Position numbers and translations under genes: made by a program. A stretch of DNA of 64,000 bases from an uncultured delta proteobacterium. GTDB lineage: Bacteria; Desulfobacterota; Binatia; UBA9968. Shown here piece by piece: positions 57,919 through 64,000 of this stretch (position 1 is the first letter of the stretch; each line of letters begins with the position of its first letter). The notes under the pieces were generated by a model that ran no database searches, had not been told where the DNA came from, and was given only the letters and a program-made list of their open reading frames with translations. The stretch spans positions 523,070 to 587,069 of the forward strand of contig CAWFJP010000031.1 in the NCBI GenBank assembly GCA_963816145.1, read 5' to 3'.

Positions 57919-58896
57919 ATGCTAAGCCGAGTCGCTAATTCGATCTACTGGTTGAGCCGATACATGGAACGGGCCGACAATGTCGCCCGTTTCATCGACG
58001 TCAACTTGCAAATGATGCTCGATCTGCCAAGCGCCTCACAGGAACAGTGGCAGCCGTTGGTGAGCATCTCCGGCGACGATGCGGCGTTCTCGGCGAACTA
58101 TGCTGTGGCGACGCGCGACAACGTCATCAAGTTTCTTGCCTTCTCCAGCGAGAACCCCAATTCGATCGTGTCCTGTCTGCGCGCGGCGCGGGAGAACGCC
58201 CGGACGATTCGCGAGTCGATTTCCCCCGAGATGTGGGAGCAGGTCAACAGCTGTTATTTGATGGTCAATGCCGCGGCCGCCAACGAATTGCTGCGCTCGC
58301 CGTCGAGTTTTTTCAGCGAAGTGAAAAAAGCCAGCCAACTTTTTCACGGCATTACCGACGCGACTCTGTTGCACGGTGAAGAATGGCATTTCTATCGAAC
58401 CGGGCGCCTGCTCGAACGTGCCGACAAAACCTCCCGGCTGCTCGACGTAAAATATTTCATGCTGCTGCCCTCGGTCACCGATATCGGCTCGCCCTTGGAC
58501 GATATTCAATGGGCCGCGGTGCTGCGATCGGCGAGCGCTTTAGAAATGTACCGCAAGCGCCACGGCCATATCGCGCCCGAACAGATTATCGAATTTCTCG
58601 TCTTGGATCATGAGTTTCCGCGCTCGATCCATTTCTGTCTGACGACGGCGAACGATGCCCTGCACGCGATTTCCGGCACGCCGATCGGCATGTTCCGCAA
58701 CCCCGCCGAACAGCGCCTCGGCCAGTTGCGCGCGGAGCTGGCGTACACCGACACGCGCCAGATCGTCACGCGCGGCCTGCACGAATTCCTCGATGCCTTT
58801 CAAACCAAGTTGAATGCGGTGGATCAGGGAATCTACGACACCTTTTTTGCGCCTCGCCCAGTGGTATCGAGCGGGCAGACTCAAGTCAGCCAATGA
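57919..58896 (+). CDS. Alpha-E domain protein
   Basis: MLSRVANSIYWLSRYMERA, ARENAR, LERADKTSR. Confidence 0.94.
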   Translation: MLSRVANSIYWLSRYMERADNVARFIDVNLQMMLDLPSASQEQWQPLVSISGDDAAFSANYAVATRDNVIKFLAFSSENPNSIVSCLRAARENARTIRESISPEMWEQVNSCYLMVNAAAANELLRSPSSFFSEVKKASQLFHGITDATLLHGEEWHFYRTGRLLERADKTSRLLDVKYFMLLPSVTDIGSPLDDIQWAAVLRSASALEMYRKRHGHIAPEQIIEFLVLDHEFPRSIHFCLTTANDALHAISGTPIGMFRNPAEQRLGQLRAELAYTDTRQIVTRGLHEFLDAFQTKLNAVDQGIYDTFFAPRPVVSSGQTQVSQ

Positions 58897-58939
58897 TCGG
58901 CAAGTCAACGGTGCGGACAAACTAGACGGAAACACAACC

Positions 58940-59798
58940 ATGTTCTTCGAAATCAGTCACAAAACCACTTACACCTACAGCCGGCCGGTTTTTCTCGAGC
59001 TGCATCAACTGCGCATCCGTCCGCGCTGCGACGGCGTGCAAAACCTGACCTACTTCGAGTCCAAGGTAGAGCCGCGGCCAAGTGGATCGGCGGACGGGCT
59101 CGATATCGATGGCAACTGCGTGGAGAATGTTTGGTTTCAAGGTCTGACGGACAAATTGATCGTCGAAAGCCGCGCCAAGATCATCACCCAATACCGCAAT
59201 CCGTTTAACTACATTCTCGCCGAACGGGCCGACCGATTGCCGGTGAGCTACCAGGACCCGTTTCAGGCTTATCTCGCGCCTTATACCGTGCGCCGGAATG
59301 AGAGCCATTTAGTCGAACAATTCGCCCGTCACATCGCCAATCGGACCGAATGGAAAACCTTGCGCTTTTTGACGATGCTGACGCGGGAAATATCCGAAGG
59401 CTTTCAAAAAGCCGCCCGTGGAGTTGGCGCGCTGCGCAGCGCGGAGGAAACCTATTTGAGTCGAGTCGGCTCTAGCCCCGATCTGGCGGTGCTATTTATG
59501 GACGCCTGCCGTTACGTCGGCATCGCGGCTCGTCTGGTCAACGGCTATTACGACGACGGCGGCGCAAAAGATCGACTCACGCTGCACTCTTGGGGCGAAG
59601 TGTATCTACCGGGCGTCGGTTGGCGCGGTTACGATCCCAGTCTGGGTCTTGCTGTAACCGACCGCCACGTGGCGATCGCCGCGGCCGGCGACCCGCTGTT
59701 GTCGGCGCCGGTCAGCGGCACGTTTCGCGGCAACGCGGTTTCGTCGGAACTTGCACGCCGAGATCGACATTAAAATCGCCAACGCCGACGCAGCGTAG
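58940..59798 (+). CDS. Transglutaminase-like protein with Ser at the catalytic Cys position (probable +1 frameshift near 59752)
   Basis: ISHKTTYTY, GSSPDLAVLF, LHSWGEVYLPG, YDPS; as read it stops at 59773, and removing one base gives ...ELHAEIDIKIANADAA*. Confidence 0.82.
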
Positions 59799-59914
59799 AA
59801 AGCCTGACTGTCTGGCCGTTGCCGTTCTTCCTATTCTTCGGCGTTTAATGCGAAGACAAGCTGTAAGCAGCAGCTGGTGTCGAGCTGATTTACGGGCTAA
59901 AATTTTGGCTTTGA

Positions 59915-59950
59915 CATGTGGTTAAATTACGCGCGTAATTTAACCACATG
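59915..59950. promoter_or_regulatory. Perfect 36-bp palindrome overlapping promoter and start codon
   Basis: CATGTGGTTAAATTACGC|GCGTAATTTAACCACATG; TTGACA at 59911, TAATTT at 59936. Confidence 0.85.
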
Positions 59951-61105
59951 CTGACAATGGCTCTGGCGCAGACACTGCGGGACAGCAAAAAGAGTTTCCT
60001 GCTTTTAGGACCGCGCCAGACCGGCAAATCGACGCTGGTATCGTCGCTCAATCCCGATCTTTCGATAAACCTGGTGCACGAGCCCACCTACCTCGAATTC
60101 GCCCGCAATCCACGCGAACTGGAAGAGCGCTTGGATGCATTGCCTTCTGGCACAAAAACTCAGAACATCTTCATTGATGAGGTGCAACGGTTGCCGAGTT
60201 TGCTCAACACCGTCCAAGCGCTACTCGACGGTGATCCCCGGCGCTACAAGTTCTTCCTCACCGGCTCCAGTGCTCGCAAACTGCGCCGCGGTCAAGCCAA
60301 CCTGTTGCCCGGACGAATTTTCACCTATCGTCTCGGGCCGGTGGTGTCCTGCGAAATGGCTTACCGGCTCGACACAACCGAAGCGCTTTCTCATGGCACG
60401 CTGCCAGGAATCTTATTCGAACCGGACTTAAAGACCAAAGAGAAAACCCTCACCTCTTACGCGGCGACTTATCTGAAAGAGGAGGTTCAGGCCGAGGCGC
60501 TTACACGCAATATCGAGGGATTTGCCCGTTTCTTATCGATCTGTACCGAACACGCCGGACAGTTTTTGGACTTGAGTAAAATGGCGGCCGACTCCCATAT
60601 CGCCCGGCAGACCGCGGTCCGTTACTTCGAGGTGCTCGAAGACTGCCTGATTGTCAATCGCCTGACGGCGTTCGCCAAGAGCGCGCGCCGCCGTTTGGTG
60701 CAGCATCCGCGCTATTATTTCTTCGATAACGGAGTCTTGAATGGTTTACTCGGCAACTTCAACTTGTCCGCGGACCGTGTCGGCAACCTCTTCGAACATC
60801 TGATCTGCAATCAGATCCTGTCGAGTGCAGCAGCCCTCGATCAAACCATCAAGCTCTCCGCCTACCGCACCGAGCATGGCGCCGAAGTGGATTTTATCCT
60901 CGACATGAAGCGCGAGACTATCGCCATTGAGACCAAAGCCTCGCGCAACATTGGCGCACGGGATCTCCGCGGCTTCGATAGCTTCGCCGATTATTTTGGC
61001 AAGCCGCACCGCGCCGTGGTGCTTTATTTGGGCGCCGAACGGCGAAGAATAGGCGCCGTTGAAATTTTTCCATGGCAGGAAGGGCTGCGGGAACTCGGTT
61101 TATAA
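59948..61105 (+). CDS. AAA_14 ATPase with HTH and DUF4143 (PD-(D/E)XK-like) domain
   Basis: GPRQTGKS, FIDEVQR, LTGSS, YFFDNG, GNLFE, EVDFI..AIETK. Confidence 0.9.
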   Translation: MLTMALAQTLRDSKKSFLLLGPRQTGKSTLVSSLNPDLSINLVHEPTYLEFARNPRELEERLDALPSGTKTQNIFIDEVQRLPSLLNTVQALLDGDPRRYKFFLTGSSARKLRRGQANLLPGRIFTYRLGPVVSCEMAYRLDTTEALSHGTLPGILFEPDLKTKEKTLTSYAATYLKEEVQAEALTRNIEGFARFLSICTEHAGQFLDLSKMAADSHIARQTAVRYFEVLEDCLIVNRLTAFAKSARRRLVQHPRYYFFDNGVLNGLLGNFNLSADRVGNLFEHLICNQILSSAAALDQTIKLSAYRTEHGAEVDFILDMKRETIAIETKASRNIGARDLRGFDSFADYFGKPHRAVVLYLGAERRRIGAVEIFPWQEGLRELGL

Positions 61106-61376
61106 TAGGACGGCAAATCCAATGCTCGGATCCGTGCCGGCAAGCAATTTACCTCTAACGGTGGTGCGGGAGTTCATAAATATTAACTGCCGCGCCTATG
61201 GCTGAATGGACGTGGGCGGCACCAGGAATGGAGTTCGCGACGTTGTGATAAGGCAGGAGGGAATCGGTTGTACCGCTGTGTAACGTGGGAGTCCGTTGGA
61301 TCAGCGGTCCGAGGGCGTTTATCATTACCCGCCTGCCAAGCGAGGCGCCGCATAGCTCACTCCGCGAGGCCGTCTG

Positions 61377-61461
61377 CTCGTATATTGAATATACGAGACC
61401 AGCGATATTGGATATACGAGCGGAGTAAGCATTGACAACTTCTTGTTTGTAGAAGTAAATT
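61377..61461 (+). promoter_or_regulatory. Operator-like repeats and a Pc-like promoter upstream of the cassette array
   Basis: CTCGTATATT-G-AATATACGAG palindrome, near repeat ATATTGGATATACGAG at 61405-61420, TTGACA (61432)-N18-TAAATT. Confidence 0.55.
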
Positions 61462-61513
61462 TCGCGCTCGTGATCCTTTGGAGTCCAAAATACGTGATCA
61501 GTTCGATCAATGG

Positions 61514-62733
61514 TTGGGCGGCATAATTGATCTAACGGCCATGGAGGAACGGGTCATGTCGACGAAAGACGGAAGGTCCGGTTTCGATCAAGCAAAGGCA
61601 GAAACGTTCGCTGGAGGATTGCTGGCCACGCTGAACCATGGTGCGCTCTGCCTGATGATCTCAGTGGGCCATCGCACCGGCCTATTCGACATCATGAGTA
61701 AGATGGCGCCGGCCACGTCGAACGAGATCGCGGCGCGAGCCGGGCTCAACGAACGTTATGTTCGCGAGTGGCTGGGCGCGCTGGTCACGGCGAAAGTCAT
61801 CGAGGTGGATTCCTCAACGTTGCAGTTCTCGCTGCCGGCGGAACATGCGGCGTTCCTGACTCGGGCGGCTGCCGCCGACAACCTCGCGGTATTCGCCCAG
61901 TACATTCCGGTGCTCGGCGATGTCGAGGACGACATCGTCGAGTGCTTCAGGAGGGGCGGCGGAGTGTCCTACGCGAGGTATTCACGATTCCACGAGGTCA
62001 TGGCGGAGGATAGCGGCCAGTCCGTTCTCTCATCGCTCGAGTCGCATATCCTCCCGCTGGTGCCGGGTCTGCACGATCGTCTGTCCAACGGCATCCTCAT
62101 GCTCGACGTGGGGTGCGGTCGGGGGCGCATCCTCAACAGGCTTGCGTCGCGTTACCCGGTCAGCCGATTCGTCGGGATGGACCTCTCGAAGGAGGCGATC
62201 ACATACGCGCAACAGGAAGCATCGACCCCCGGCCGCGACAATATCGAGTTCCGCACCGTCGATCTGAGCGACTTCGACCGGACCGCGGACCCCGAATCCT
62301 TTGACTTCATCACGACCTTCGATGCCATTCACGACCAAGGCAAACCGCTCAATGTCCTCAAGGGCATTCACCGGGCCTTAAAACCGGACGGCGTGTACCT
62401 GATGCAGGACATCAGCGGTTCCAGCCATGTCTACAAGGATATCGAGCATCCGATCGGCACGCTGCTGTACACCGTCTCCTGCATGCACTGCATGACGGTA
62501 TCGCTTGCGCAAGGCGGGGAAGGTCTGGGTGCGATGTGGGGTGAAGAGAAGACGCGCGAGTATCTCGGGAAGGCGGGTTTTCGGTCTGTCACGACACACC
62601 GCCTCGCTCATGACATTCAGAACAACTGGTACGTGGTGACGAAGTAAGCCGCGATCTTCGTCAGCGCCATGCCGCCGCCCAACAAAGCCATGCAGGGGAC
62701 GCGCCGCAAGCGGCGCGCCCCTGATGGCTGTCG
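61514..62733 (+). mobile_element. Integron gene cassette 1
   Basis: Begins at G|TTGGGCGGC (61513), complementary to GCCGCCCAAC (62674-62683) of its attC. Confidence 0.85.
61556..62647 (+). CDS. Class I SAM-dependent methyltransferase with N-terminal wHTH (Rv2258c-like)
   Basis: GHRTGLF, ERYVREWL, LDVGCGRG, FDAIHD, MHCMTVSLA. Confidence 0.9.
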   Translation: MSTKDGRSGFDQAKAETFAGGLLATLNHGALCLMISVGHRTGLFDIMSKMAPATSNEIAARAGLNERYVREWLGALVTAKVIEVDSSTLQFSLPAEHAAFLTRAAAADNLAVFAQYIPVLGDVEDDIVECFRRGGGVSYARYSRFHEVMAEDSGQSVLSSLESHILPLVPGLHDRLSNGILMLDVGCGRGRILNRLASRYPVSRFVGMDLSKEAITYAQQEASTPGRDNIEFRTVDLSDFDRTADPESFDFITTFDAIHDQGKPLNVLKGIHRALKPDGVYLMQDISGSSHVYKDIEHPIGTLLYTVSCMHCMTVSLAQGGEGLGAMWGEEKTREYLGKAGFRSVTTHRLAHDIQNNWYVVTK

Positions 62734-62739
62734 TTAGGT
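62677..62739 (+). other. attC recombination site
   Basis: GCCCAAC-AAAGC-CATGCAGG...CCTGATG-GCTGTC-GTTAGGT; L boxes pair with one extrahelical base. Confidence 0.92.
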
Positions 62740-62786
62740 GCCACACGAAGTCGGCTCAGGCATACGAAAGGAGAAGGCGGACTAGC

Positions 62787-63800
62787 ATGTGTCCTTTGCT
62801 CAACCCTTTGAGGTGGAAGGGATTACCAACGGTACGCTTACTACTCGTGAACCTCCTGGTCGCTGGCCTGAGCAGCGCTCTCTTGATTCTCGGTATCGAG
62901 GTATTCCAAAGGCTCAAGGCACCATATCGAGCTTTCGGCGGAGCCTACGAACTCACCCAGTTCCGACAGAGCGCACCCAATGGGCTCTCCTTCGTAGTAG
63001 ATCCTAGCTTCGGCTTCCGACCTGTGCTCGGCGATGGCCCCTACACGCGCTTTGGCACGCACGCAAACGACTATGCTGCAGCGAAGCCCCCGGGGGTGAA
63101 TCGGCTCCTGTTCATCGGAGACTCCGTCACCCATCGTGGTCAGATTGTCGAGGCCCTCAGAGCCGTGTATGGCTCGCAGAAGTATGAGTACTGGAATGCG
63201 GGAGTCGAGTCCTTCAATACCGTGCAAGAAGTCGAGTATTACAGGCGATTCAATCGAGCTATTCATCCTGATCACGTCATCTTGACGTTTCACCTCAACG
63301 ATTTCGAGACGACGCCAGTGGCGTTTCGGGAGGCCGACGGGACCTTGGTCGTCTTCGCACCCAACTGGCCGGTTCGTCGCCTGAACCCGTGGCTCTTCCA
63401 GCACAGTTACACCTACCGTTACTGGCTCGGACTTGTAACCCCAAAGAAGACCGCGCGCTCTGAGATCATTGCAGAGGTCCGCGCGAGCCTGACAGACTTG
63501 CAGCGCATGGTCGGCGTCGATAGGGCGCGGCTCACGGTCTTGGTGTTGCCGATTCTACGGCCGTACAGCGACTGGAAGCCTGAGTACCAAGAGTACCGGC
63601 GCCTGATTCTCGGCACACTCGAATCCCTGCGGCTCCACTATTTCGACCTGCTGAAGCCTTTGAACGAGGCGCTGGCAGATGGCGTCGTCGTGACCGAGAC
63701 TGGCGACAATCTTTTCTGGCACCCAAGCCGTGAGGCTGCTACATACTTTGCCAAGTACCTCAGGACACAACACCTCCTCGACGGAGTGGACGCTCCGTAA
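62787..63800 (+). CDS. SGNH/GDSL hydrolase family protein with N-terminal TM
   Basis: FIGDSVT, NAGV, LNDF, WHPS. Confidence 0.82.
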   Translation: MCPLLNPLRWKGLPTVRLLLVNLLVAGLSSALLILGIEVFQRLKAPYRAFGGAYELTQFRQSAPNGLSFVVDPSFGFRPVLGDGPYTRFGTHANDYAAAKPPGVNRLLFIGDSVTHRGQIVEALRAVYGSQKYEYWNAGVESFNTVQEVEYYRRFNRAIHPDHVILTFHLNDFETTPVAFREADGTLVVFAPNWPVRRLNPWLFQHSYTYRYWLGLVTPKKTARSEIIAEVRASLTDLQRMVGVDRARLTVLVLPILRPYSDWKPEYQEYRRLILGTLESLRLHYFDLLKPLNEALADGVVVTETGDNLFWHPSREAATYFAKYLRTQHLLDGVDAP

Positions 63801-63915
63801 TGACATTGCGGGTTGGCTGCAGAAACTTGGGTAGATGCGTATGCATTCCTACATCCTGTCCCAATGTCGGAGGGTATAGAAAGGCGAGGTAGAATTCTGT
63901 CCCAGTCCGGTCGGA

Positions 63916-64000
63916 ACCTAACCACGCAGTGGAGCGTACGGGCCACAGTGTAGGCTCGTACACATGTGGGCATCTGCGGATGTGGCCCGCCCGCTCACCG
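63916..64000 (+). other. attC recombination site (truncated by the window edge)
   Basis: ACCTAAC-CACGC-AGTGGAGC..GGGCCACA...TGTGGCCC..GCTCACC. Confidence 0.85.

Larger units (their letters stand above)
62734..64000 (+). mobile_element. Integron gene cassette 2 (runs off the window end)
   Basis: Starts at G|TTAGGT, complementary to ACCTAAC at 63916-63922. Confidence 0.85.

Noticed and set aside
353-59798. Frameshifts at about 360 (SBP), 5110 (CMD-like), 21685 (macB) and 59752 (TG) as programmed frameshifting or true pseudogenes
   Set aside because: Isolated small indels in otherwise intact, unrelated genes with no slippery heptamer or downstream structure; most simply assembly errors. Read mapping would settle it.
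61106-61510. Remnant intI on the minus strand
   Set aside because: Manual translation shows no tyrosine recombinase or IntI N-terminal motifs.

Overview
A GC-rich bacterial chromosome segment. Its gene content (many stand-alone NMT1/THI5-type substrate-binding proteins, amidohydrolase, UbiD, Mo-hydroxylase) suggests Candidatus Binatia or a related deltaproteobacterium; this is inference. There are three parts. (1) 1-33.4 kb holds metabolic and housekeeping genes interspersed with at least five families of short palindromic intergenic repeats. It also has a solitary integron-type cassette carrying an ABC-ATPase/TOPRIM (OLD/PARIS-like) candidate defence gene, a cyanobacterial-type glgC, dnaJ-cbpM, an ECF sigma regulon with MacAB-TolC whose promoter motif is visible twice, and a four-helix-bundle gene bracketed by inverted heptamer repeats. 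(2) 33.5-59.8 kb is a repeat-poor block. Two transglutaminase / circularly permuted ATP-grasp / alpha-E modules bracket a carbon-nitrogen cluster: PPi-PFK, an active GAPDH coupled to a Cys-less pseudo-GAPDH, a glutaminase-STAS-cNMP protein, two glucan phosphorylases (one fused to a PtsP-type GAF), PEPC and an ackA-xfp deletion scar. Four sigma-54-like promoters lie in this block, which is the best candidate for an undescribed system. (3) 59.9-64 kb has an AAA_14-DUF4143 gene behind a perfect 36-bp palindrome, then the start of an integron cassette array with two attC sites and no recognisable intI. Four isolated frameshifts look like assembly errors. No rRNA, tRNA or CRISPR array was recognised. 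All family calls come from motif recognition by eye, not database searches.
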